NCBI RefSeq assembly: GCF_009914755.1
Contig: NC_060943.1
DNA length: 64,000 bases
Source: the human T2T-CHM13v2.0 reference genome, Homo sapiens
Reading direction: 5' to 3' (one strand)
A program made the translations under genes and the position numbers. Below the pieces are notes generated by a model, which was not told the origin of the DNA, did no database searches, and was given only the letters and a program-made list of their open reading frames with translations. Shown here piece by piece: positions 24,901 to 37,100 of this stretch. Every line of letters begins with the position of its first letter. Positions within the stretch are counted from its first letter, which is position 1.

Positions 24901-27900
24901 TGGAATTTGCAAGTGGAGATTTCAGCCGCTTTGAGGTCAATGGTAGAATAGGAAATATCTTCCTATGGAAACTAGACAGAATGATTCTCAGAAACTCCTT
25001 TGTGCTGTGTGCGTTCAGCTCACAGAGTTTAACCTTTCTTTTCATAGAGCAGTTAGGAAACACTCTGTTTGTAAAGTCTGCAAGTGGATATTCAGACATC
25101 TTTGAGGCTTTCGTTGGAAACGGGATTTCTTCATATTCTGCTAGACAGAAGAATTCTCAGAAACTTCCTTGTGTTGTGTGTTTTCAACTCACAGAGTTCA
25201 ACGATCCATTACACAGAGAAGACTTGAAACACTCTTTTTGTGGAATTGGCAAGTGGAGATTTCAGCCGCTTTGAGGTCAATGGTAGAAAAGGAAATATCT
25301 TCGTATAAAAACTAGACAGAGTGATTCTCAGAAACTCCTTTGTGATGTCTGCGTTCAACTCACAGAGTTTAACCTTTCTTTTCATAGAGCAGTTAGGAAA
25401 CACTCTGTTTGTAAAGTCTGCAGGTGCATATTCAGACCTCCTTGAGGCCTTAGTTGGAAACGGGATTTCTTCATATTCTGCTATACAGAAGAATTCTCAG
25501 AAACTTCCTTGTGTTTTGTGTATTCAACTCACAGAGTTGAACGATCCTTTACACAGAGCAGACTTGAAACACTCTTTTTGTGGAATTTGCAAGTGGAGAT
25601 TTCAGCCGCTTTGAGGTCAATGGTAGAAAAGGAAATATCTTCGTATAAAAACTAGACAGAATGATTCTCAGAAACTCCTTTGTGATGTGTGCGTTCAACT
25701 CACAGAGTTTAACCTTTCTTTTCATAGAGCAGTTAGGAAACACTCTGTTGGTAAAGTCTGCAAGTGGATATTCAGACCTCTTTGAGGCCTTCTTTGGAAA
25801 CGGGATTTCTTCATATTCTGCTAGACAGAAGAATTCTCAGAAACTTCCTGGTGTTGCGTGTTTTCAACTCACAGAGTTCAACGATCCTTTACACAGAGTA
25901 GACTTGAAAAACTCTTTTTGTTGAATTGGCCAGTGGAGATTTCAGCCGCTTTGAGGTCAATGGTAGAAAAGGAAATATCTTCGTATAAAAACTAGGCAGA
26001 ATGATTCTCAGAAACTCCTTTGTGATGTGTGCGTTCAACTCGCAGAGTTTAACCTTTCTTTTCATAGAGCTGTTAGGAAACACTCTGGTTGTAAAGTCTG
26101 CAAGTGGATATTCAGACCTCGTTGAGGCCTTCGTTGGAAACGGGATTTCTTCATATTATGCTAGACAGAAGAATTCTCAGTAACTTCCTTGTGTTGTGTG
26201 TATTCAACTCACAGTGTTGAACGATCCTTTACACAGAGCATACTTGAAACACTCTTGTTGTGGAATTTGCAAGTGGAGATTTCAGCCGCTTTGAGGTCAA
26301 TGGTAGAATAGGAAATATCTTCCTATAGAAACTAGACAGAATGATTCTCAGAAACTCCTTTGTGATGTGTGCGTTCAACTCACAGAGTTTAACCTTTCTT
26401 TTCATAGAGCAGTTAGGAAACACTCTGTTTGTAAAGTCTGCAAGTGGATATTCAGACATCTTTGAGGTTTTCGTAGGAAACGGGATTTCTTCATATTCTG
26501 CTAGACAGAAGAATTCTCAGAAACTTCCTTGTGTTCTGTTTATTTAACTCACAGAGTCGAACGATCCTTTACTCAGAGCAGACTTGAAACACTCCATTTG
26601 TGGAATTTGCAAGTGGAGATTTCAGCCGCTTTGAGGTCAATGGTAGAATAGGAAATATCTTCCTATGGAAACTAGACAGAATGATTCTCAGAAACTCCTT
26701 TGTGCTGTGTGCGTTCAGCTCACAGAGTTTAACCTTTCTTTTCATAGAGCAGTTAGGAAACACTCTGTTTGTAAAGTCTGCAAGTGGATATTCAGACATC
26801 TTTGAGGCTTTCGTTGGAAACGGGATTTCTTCATATTCTGCTAGACAGAAGAATTCTCAGAAACTTCCTTGTGTTGTGTGTTTTCAACTCACAGAGTTCA
26901 ACGATCCATTACACAGAGTAGACTTGAAACACTCTTTTTGTGGAATTGGCAAGTGGAGATTTCAGCCGCTTTGAGGTCAATGGTAGAAAAGGAAATATCT
27001 TCGTATAAAAACTAGACAGAGTGATTCTCAGAAACTCCTTTGTGATGTCTGCGTTCAACTCACAGAGTTTAACCTTTCTTTTCATAGAGCAGTTAGGAAA
27101 CACTCTGTTTGTAAAGTCTGCAGGTGCATATTCAGACCTCCTTGAGGCCTTCGTTGGAAACGGGATTTCTTCATATTCTGCTATACAGAAGAATTCTCAG
27201 AAACTTCCTTGTGTTTTGTGTATTCAACTCACAGAGTTGAACGATCCTTTACACAGAGCAGACTTGAAACACTCTTTTTGTGGAATTTGCAAGTGGAGAT
27301 TTCAGCCGCTTTGAGGTCAATGGTAGAAAAGGAAATATCTTCGTATAAAAACTAGACAGAATGATTCTCAGAAACTCCTTTGTGATGTGTGCGTTCAACT
27401 CACAGAGTTTAACCTTTCTTTTCATAGAGCAGTTAGGAAACACTCTGTTGGTAAAGTCTGCAAGTGGATATTCAGACCTCTTTGAGGCCTTCTTTGGAAA
27501 CGGGATTTCTTCATATTCTGCTAGACAGAAGAATTCTCAGAAACTTCCTGGTGTTGCGTGTTTTCAACTCACAGAGTTCAACGATCCTTTACACAGAGTA
27601 GACTTGAAAAACTCTTTTTGTTGAATTGGCCAGTGGAGATTTCAGCCGCTTTGAGGTCAATGGTAGAAAAGGAAATATCTTCGTATAAAAACTAGACAGA
27701 ATGATTCTCAGAAACTCCTTTGTGATGTGTGCGTTCAACTCGCAGAGTTTAACCTTTCTTTTCATAGAGCAGTTAGGAAACACTCTGGTTGTAAAGTCTG
27801 CAAGTGGATATTCAGACCTCGTTGAGGCCTTCGTTGGAAACGGGATTTCTTCATATTATGCTAGACAGAAGAATTCTCAGTAACTTCCTTGTGTTGTGTG

Positions 27901-30900
27901 TATTCAACTCACAGTGTTGAACGATCCTTTACACAGAGCATACTTGAAACACTCTTGTTGTGGAATTTGCAAGTGGAGATTTCAGCCGCTTTGAGGTCAA
28001 TGGTAGAATAGGAAATATCTTCCTATAGAAACTAGACAGAATGATTCTCAGAAACTCCTTTGTGATGTGTGCGTTCAACTCACAGAGTTTAACCTTTCTT
28101 TTCATAGAGCAGTTAGGAAACACTCTGTTTGTAAAGTCTGCAAGTGGATATTCAGACATCTTTGAGGTTTTCGTAGGAAACGGGATTTCTTCATATTCTG
28201 CTAGACAGAAGAATTCTCAGAAACTTCCTTGTGTTGTGTTTATTCAACTCACAGAGTCGAACGATCCTTTACTCAGAGCAGACTTGAAACACTCCATTTG
28301 TGGAATTTGCAAGTGGAGATTTCAGCCGCTTTGAGGTCAATGGTAGAATAGGAAATATCTTCCTATGGAAACTAGACAGAATGATTCTCAGAAACTCCTT
28401 TGTGCTGTGTGCGTTCAGCTCACAGAGTTTAACCTTTCTTTTCATAGAGCAGTTAGGAAACACTCTGTTTGTAAAGTCTGCAAGTGGATATTCAGACATC
28501 TTTGAGGCTTTCGTTGGAAACGGGATTTCTTCATATTCTGCTAGACAGAAGAATTCTCAGAAACTTCCTTGTGTTGTGTGTTTTCAACTCACAGAGTTCA
28601 ACGATCCATTACACAGAGAAGACTTGAAACACTCTTTTTGTGGAATTGGCAAGTGGAGATTTCAGCCGCTTTGAGGTCAATGGTAGAAAAGGAAATATCT
28701 TCGTATAAAAACTAGACAGAGTGATTCTCAGAAACTCCTTTGTGATGTCTGCGTTCAACTCACAGAGTTTAACCTTTCTTTTCATAGAGCAGTTAGGAAA
28801 CACTCTGTTTGTAAAGTCTGCAGGTGCATATTCAGACCTCCTTGAGGCCTTAGTTGGAAACGGGATTTCTTCATATTCTGCTATACAGAAGAATTCTCAG
28901 AAACTTCCTTGTGTTTTGTGTATTCAACTCACAGAGTTGAACGATCCTTTACACAGAGCAGACTTGAAACACTCTTTTTGTGGAATTTGCAAGTGGAGAT
29001 TTCAGCCGCTTTGAGGTCAATGGTAGAAAAGGAAATATCTTCGTATAAAAACTAGACAGAATGATTCTCAGAAACTCCTTTGTGATGTGTGCGTTCAACT
29101 CACAGAGTTTAACCTTTCTTTTCATAGAGCAGTTAGGAAACACTCTGTTGGTAAAGTCTGCAAGTGGATATTCAGACCTCTTTGAGGCCTTCTTTGGAAA
29201 CGGGATTTCTTCATATTCTGCTAGACAGAAGAATTCTCAGAAACTTCCTGGTGTTGCGTGTTTTCAACTCACAGAGTTCAACGATCCTTTACACAGAGTA
29301 GACTTGAAAAACTCTTTTTGTTGAATTGGCCAGTGGAGATTTCAGCCGCTTTGAGGTCAATGGTAGAAAAGGAAATATCTTCGTATAAAAACTAGACAGA
29401 ATGATTCTCAGAAACTCCTTTGTGATGTGTGCGTTCAACTCGCAGAGTTTAACCTTTCTTTTCATAGAGCAGTTAGGAAACACTCTGGTTGTAAAGTCTG
29501 CAAGTGGATATTCAGACCTCGTTGAGGCCTTCGTTGGAAACGGGATTTCTTCATATTATGCTAGACAGAAGAATTCTCAGTAACTTCCTTGTGTTGTGTG
29601 TATTCAACTCACAGTGTTGAACGATCCTTTACACAGAGCATACTTGAAACACTCTTGTTGTGGAATTTGCAAGTGGAGATTTCAGCCGCTTTGAGGTCAA
29701 TGGTAGAATAGGAAATATCTTCCTATAGAAACTAGACAGAATGATTCTCAGAAACTCCTTTGTGATGTGTGCGTTCAACTCACAGAGTTTAACCTTTCTT
29801 TTCATAGAGCAGTTAGGAAACACTCTGTTTGTAAAGTCTGCAAGTGGATATTCAGACATCTTTGAGGTTTTCGTAGGAAACGGGATTTCTTCATATTCTG
29901 CTAGACAGAAGAATTCTCAGAAACTTCCTTGTGTTCTGTTTATTTAACTCACAGAGTCGAACGATCCTTTACTCAGAGCAGACTTGAAACACTCCATTTG
30001 TGGAATTTGCAAGTGGAGATTTCAGCCGCTTTGAGGTCAATGGTAGAATAGGAAATATCTTCCTATGGAAACTAGACAGAATGATTCTCAGAAACTCCTT
30101 TGTGCTGTGTGCGTTCAGCTCACAGAGTTTAACCTTTCTTTTCATAGAGCAGTTAGGAAACACTCTGTTTGTAAAGTCTGCAAGTGGATATTCAGACATC
30201 TTTGAGGCTTTCGTTGGAAACGGGATTTCTTCATATTCTGCTAGACAGAAGAATTCTCAGAAACTTCCTTGTGTTGTGTGTTTTCAACTCACAGAGTTCA
30301 ACGATCCATTACACAGAGTAGACTTGAAACACTCTTTTTGTGGAATTGGCAAGTGGAGATTTCAGCCGCTTTGAGGTCAATGGTAGAAAAGGAAATATCT
30401 TCGTATAAAAACTAGACAGAGTGATTCTCAGAAACTCCTTTGTGATGTCTGCGTTCAACTCACAGAGTTTAACCTTTCTTTTCATAGAGCAGTTAGGAAA
30501 CACTCTGTTTGTAAAGTCTGCAGGTGCATATTCAGACCTCCTTGAGGCCTTAGTTGGAAACGGGATTTCTTCATATTCTGCTATACAGAAGAATTCTCAG
30601 AAACTTCCTTGTGTTTTGTGTATTCAACTCACAGAGTTGAACGATCCTTTACACAGAGCAGACTTGAAACACTCTTTTTGTGGAATTTGCAAGTGGAGAT
30701 TTCAGCCGCTTTGAGGTCAATGGTAGAAAAGGAAATATCTTCGTATAAAAACTAGACAGAATGATTCTCAGAAACTCCTTTGTGATGTGTGCGTTCAACT
30801 CACAGAGTTTAACCTTTCTTTTCATAGAGCAGTTAGGAAACACTCTGTTGGTAAAGTCTGCAAGTGGATATTCAGACCTCTTTGAGGCCTTCTTTGGAAA

Positions 30901-32120
30901 CGGGATTTCTTCATATTCTGCTAGACAGAAGAATTCTCAGAAACTTCCTGGTGTTGCGTGTTTTCAACTCACAGAGTTCAACGATCCTTTACACAGAGTA
31001 GACTTGAAAAACTCTTTTTGTTGAATTGGCCAGTGGAGATTTCAGCCGCTTTGAGGTCAATGGTAGAAAAGGAAATATCTTCGTATAAAAACTAGACAGA
31101 ATGATTCTCAGAAACTCCTTTGTGATGTGTGCATTCAACTCGCAGAGTTTAACCTTTCTTTTCATAGAGCAGTTAGGAAACACTCTGGTTGTAAAGTCTG
31201 CAAGTGGATATTCAGACCTCGTTGAGGCCTTCGTTGGAAACGGGATTTCTTCATATTATGCTAGACAGAAGAATTCTCAGTAACTTCCTTGTGTTGTGTG
31301 TATTCAACTCACAGTGTTGAACGATCCTTTACACAGAGCATACTTGAAACACTCTTGTTGTGGAATTTGCAAGTGGAGATTTCAGCCGCTTTGAGGTCAA
31401 TGGTAGAATAGGAAATATCTTCCTATAGAAACTAGACAGAATGATTCTCAGAAACTCCTTTGTGATGTGTGCGTTCAACTCACAGAGTTTAACCTTTCTT
31501 TTCATAGAGCAGTTAGGAAACACTCTGTTTGTAAAGTCTGCAAGTGGATATTCAGATATCTTTGAGGTTTTCGTAGGAAACGGGATTTCTTCATATTCTG
31601 CTAGACAGAAGAATTCTCAGAAACTTCCTTGTGTTGTGTTTATTCAACTCACAGAGTCGAACGATCCTTTACTCAGAGCAGACTTGAAACACTCCATTTG
31701 TGGAATTTGCAAGTGGAGATTTCAGCCGCTTTGAGGTCAATGGTAGAATAGGAAATATCTTCCTATGGAAACTAGACAGAATGATTCTCAGAAACTCCTT
31801 TGTGCTGTGTGCGTTCAGCTCACAGAGTTTAACCTTTCTTTTCATAGAGCAGTTAGGAAACACTCTGTTTGTAAAGTCTGCAAGTGGATATTCAGACATC
31901 TTTGAGGCTTTCATTGGAAACGGGATTTCTTCATATTCTGCTAGACAGAAGAATTCTCAGAAACTTCCTTGTGTTGTGTGTTTTCAACTCACAGAGTTCA
32001 ACGATCCATTACACAGAGTAGACTTGAAACACTCTTTTTGTGGAATTGGCAAGTGGAGATTTCAGCCGCTTTGAGGTCAATGGTAGAAAAGGAAATATCT
32101 TCGTATAAAAACTAGACAGA

Positions 32121-34160
32121 GTGATTCTCAGAAACTCCTTTGTGATGTCTGCGTTCAACTCACAGAGTTTAACCTTTCTTTTCATAGAGCAGTTAGGAAA
32201 CACTCTGGTTGTAAAGTCTGCAAGTGCATATTCAGACCTCCTTGAGGCCTTCGTTGGAAACGGGATTTCTTCATATTCTGCTATACAGAAGAATTCTCAG
32301 AAACTTCCTTGTGTTTTGTGTATTCAACTCACAGAGTTGAACGATCCTTTACACAGAGCAGACTTGAAACACTCTTTTTGTGGAATTTGCAAGTGGAGAT
32401 TTCAGCCGCTTTGAGGTCAATGGTAGAAAAGGAAATATCTTCGTATAAAAACTAGACAGAATGATTCTCAGAAACTCCTTTGTGATGTGTGCGTTCAACT
32501 CACAGAGTTTAACCTTTCTTTTCATAGAGCAGTTAGGAAACACTCTGTTGGTAAAGTCTGCAAGTGGATATTCAGACCTCTTTGAGGCCTTCTTTGGAAA
32601 CGGGATTTCTTCATATTCTGCTAGACAGAAGAATTCTCAGAAACTTCCTGGTGTTGCGTGTTTTCAACTCACAGAGTTCAACGATCCTTTACACAGAGTA
32701 GACTTGAAAAACTCTTTTTGTTGAATTGGCCAGTGGAGATTTCAGCCGCTTTGAGGTCAATGGTAGAAAAGGAAATATCTTCGTATAAAAACTAGACAGA
32801 ATGATTCTCAGAAACTCCTTTGTGATGTGTGCATTCAACTCGCAGAGTTTAACCTTTCTTTTCATAGAGCAGTTAGGAAACACTCTGGTTGTAAAGTCTG
32901 CAAGTGGATATTCAGACCTCGTTGAGGCCTTCGTTGGAAACGGGATTTCTTCATATTATGCTAGACAGAAGAATTCTCAGTAACTTCCTTGTGTTGTGTG
33001 TATTCAACTCACAGTGTTGAACGATCCTTTACACAGAGCATACTTGAAACACTCTTGTTGTGGAATTTGCAAGTGGAGATTTCAGCCGCTTTGAGGTCAA
33101 TGGTAGAATAGGAAATATCTTCCTATAGAAACTAGACAGAATGATTCTCAGAAACTCCTTTGTGATGTGTGCGTTCAACTCACAGAGTTTAACCTTTCTT
33201 TTCATAGAGCAGTTAGGAAACACTCTGGTTGTAAAGTCTGCAAGTGGATATTCAGACCTCGTTGAGGCCTTCGTTGGAAACGGGATTTCTTCATATTATG
33301 CTAGACAGAAGAATTCTCAGTAACTTCCTTGTGTTGTGTGTATTCAACTCACAGTGTTGAACGATCCTTTACACAGAGCATACTTGAAACACTCTTGTTG
33401 TGGAATTTGCAAGTGGAGATTTCAGCCGCTTTGAGGTCAATGGTAGAATAGGAAATATCTTCCTATAGAAACTAGACAGAATGATTCTCAGAAACTCCTT
33501 TGTGATGTGTGCGTTCAACTCACAGAGTTTAACCTTTCTTTTCATAGAGCAGTTAGGAAACACTCTGTTTGTAAAGTCTGCAAGTGGATATTCAGATATC
33601 TTTGAGGTTTTCGTAGGAAACGGGATTTCTTCATATTCTGCTAGACAGAAGAATTCTCAGAAACTTCCTTGTGTTGTGTTTATTCAACTCACAGAGTCGA
33701 ACGATCCTTTACTCAGAGCAGACTTGAAACACTCCATTTGTGGAATTTGCAAGTGGAGATTTCAGCCGCTTTGAGGTCAATGGTAGAATAGGAAATATCT
33801 TCCTATGGAAACTAGACAGAATGATTCTCAGAAACTCCTTTGTGCTGTGTGCGTTCAGCTCACAGAGTTTAACCTTTCTTTTCATAGAGCAGTTAGGAAA
33901 CACTCTGTTTGTAAAGTCTGCAAGTGGATATTCAGACATCTTTGAGGCTTTCATTGGAAACGGGATTTCTTCATATTCTGCTAGACAGAAGAATTCTCAG
34001 AAACTTCCTTGTGTTGTGTGTTTTCAACTCACAGAGTTCAACGATCCATTACACAGAGTAGACTTGAAACACTCTTTTTGTGGAATTGGCAAGTGGAGAT
34101 TTCAGCCGCTTTGAGGTCAATGGTAGAAAAGGAAATATCTTCGTATAAAAACTAGACAGA
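32121..34160 (+). repeat. 12-mer (2,040-bp) HOR structural variant with a duplicated C dimer
   Basis: C markers (cactctggtt...gttgagg...taacttcc...acagtgttga) occur at both 32801 and 33141. Confidence 0.93.
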
Positions 34161-37100
34161 GTGATTCTCAGAAACTCCTTTGTGATGTCTGCGTTCAACT
34201 CACAGAGTTTAACCTTTCTTTTCATAGAGCAGTTAGGAAACACTCTGGTTGTAAAGTCTGCAAGTGCATATTCAGACCTCCTTGAGGCCTTCGTTGGAAA
34301 CGGGATTTCTTCATATTCTGCTATACAGAAGAATTCTCAGAAACTTCCTTGTGTTTTGTGTATTCAACTCACAGAGTTGAACGATCCTTTACACAGAGCA
34401 GACTTGAAACACTCTTTTTGTGGAATTTGCAAGTGGAGATTTCAGCCGCTTTGAGGTCAATGGTAGAAAAGGAAATATCTTCGTATAAAAACTAGACAGA
34501 ATGATTCTCAGAAACTCCTTTGTGATGTGTGCGTTCAACTCACAGAGTTTAACCTTTCTTTTCATAGAGCAGTTAGGAAACACTCTGTTGGTAAAGTCTG
34601 CAAGTGGATATTCAGACCTCTTTGAGGCCTTCTTTGGAAACGGGATTTCTTCATATTCTGCTAGACAGAAGAATTCTCAGAAACTTCCTGGTGTTGCGTG
34701 TTTTCAACTCACAGAGTTCAACGATCCTTTACACAGAGTAGACTTGAAAAACTCTTTTTGTTGAATTGGCCAGTGGAGATTTCAGCCGCTTTGAGGTCAA
34801 TGGTAGAAAAGGAAATATCTTCGTATAAAAACTAGACAGAATGATTCTCAGAAACTCCTTTGTGATGTGTGCATTCAACTCGCAGAGTTTAACCTTTCTT
34901 TTCATAGAGCAGTTAGGAAACACTCTGGTTGTAAAGTCTGCAAGTGGATATTCAGACCTCGTTGAGGCCTTCGTTGGAAACGGGATTTCTTCATATTATG
35001 CTAGACAGAAGAATTCTCAGTAACTTCCTTGTGTTGTGTGTATTCAACTCACAGTGTTGAACGATCCTTTACACAGAGCATACTTGAAACACTCTTGTTG
35101 TGGAATTTGCAAGTGGAGATTTCAGCCGCTTTGAGGTCAATGGTAGAATAGGAAATATCTTCCTATAGAAACTAGACAGAATGATTCTCAGAAACTCCTT
35201 TGTGATGTGTGCGTTCAACTCACAGAGTTTAACCTTTCTTTTCATAGAGCAGTTAGGAAACACTCTGTTTGTAAAGTCTGCAAGTGGATATTCAGATATC
35301 TTTGAGGTTTTCGTAGGAAACGGGATTTCTTCATATTCTGCTAGACAGAAGAATTCTCAGAAACTTCCTTGTGTTGTGTTTATTCAACTCACAGAGTCGA
35401 ACGATCCTTTACTCAGAGCAGACTTGAAACACTCCATTTGTGGAATTTGCAAGTGGAGATTTCAGCCGCTTTGAGGTCAATGGTAGAATAGGAAATATCT
35501 TCCTATGGAAACTAGACAGAATGATTCTCAGAAACTCCTTTGTGCTGTGTGCGTTCAGCTCACAGAGTTTAACCTTTCTTTTCATAGAGCAGTTAGGAAA
35601 CACTCTGTTTGTAAAGTCTGCAAGTGGATATTCAGACATCTTTGAGGCTTTCGTTGGAAACGGGATTTCTTCATATTCTGCTAGACAGAAGAATTCTCAG
35701 AAACTTCCTTGTGTTGTGTGTTTTCAACTCACAGAGTTCAACGATCCATTACACAGAGTAGACTTGAAACACTGTTTTTGTGGAATTGGCAAGTGGAGAT
35801 TTCAGCCGCTTTGAGGTCAATGGTAGAAAAGGAAATATCTTCGTATAAAAACTAGACAGAGTGATTCTCAGAAACTCCTTTGTGATGTCTGCGTTCAACT
35901 CACAGAGTTTAACCTTTCTTTTCATAGAGCAGTTAGGAAACACTCTGGTTGTAAAGTCTGCAAGTGCATATTCAGACCTCCTTGAGGCCTTCGTTGGAAA
36001 CGGGATTTCTTCATATTCTGCTATACAGAAGAATTCTCAGAAACTTCCTTGTGTTTTGTGTATTCAACTCACAGAGTTGAACGATCCTTTACACAGAGCA
36101 GACTTGAAACACTCTTTTTGTGGAATTTGCAAGTGGAGATTTCAGCCGCTTTGAGGTCAATGGTAGAAAAGGAAATATCTTCGTATAAAAACTAGACAGA
36201 ATGATTCTCAGAAACTCCTTTGTGATGTGTGCGTTCAACTCACAGAGTTTAACCTTTCTTTTCATAGAGCAGTTAGGAAACACTCTGTTGGTAAAGTCTG
36301 CAAGTGGATATTCAGACCTCTTTGAGGCCTTCTTTGGAAACGGGATTTCTTCATATTCTGCTAGACAGAAGAATTCTCAGAAACTTCCTGGTGTTGCGTG
36401 TTTTCAACTCACAGAGTTCAACGATCCTTTACACAGAGTAGACTTGAAAAACTCTTTTTGTTGAATTGGCCAGTGGAGATTTCAGCCGCTTTGAGGTCAA
36501 TGGTAGAAAAGGAAATATCTTCGTATAAAAACTAGACAGAATGATTCTCAGAAACTCCTTTGTGATGTGTGCGTTCAACTCGCAGAGTTTAACCTTTCTT
36601 TTCATAGAGCAGTTAGGAAACACTCTGGTTGTAAAGTCTGCAAGTGGATATTCAGACCTCGTTGAGGCCTTCGTTGGAAACGGGATTTCTTCATATTATG
36701 CTAGACAGAAGAATTCTCAGTAACTTCCTTGTGTTGTGTGTATTCAACTCACAGTGTTGAACGATCCTTTACACAGAGCATACTTGAAACACTCTTGTTG
36801 TGGAATTTGCAAGTGGAGATTTCAGCCGCTTTGAGGTCAATGGTAGAATAGGAAATATCTTCCTATAGAAACTAGACAGAATGATTCTCAGAAACTCCTT
36901 TGTGATGTGTGCGTTCAACTCACAGAGTTTAACCTTTCTTTTCATAGAGCAGTTAGGAAACACTCTGTTTGTAAAGTCTGCAAGTGGATATTCAGACATC
37001 TTTGAGGTTTTCGTAGGAAACGGGATTTCTTCATATTCTGCTAGACAGAAGAATTCTCAGAAACTTCCTTGTGTTGTGTTTATTCAACTCACAGAGTCGA

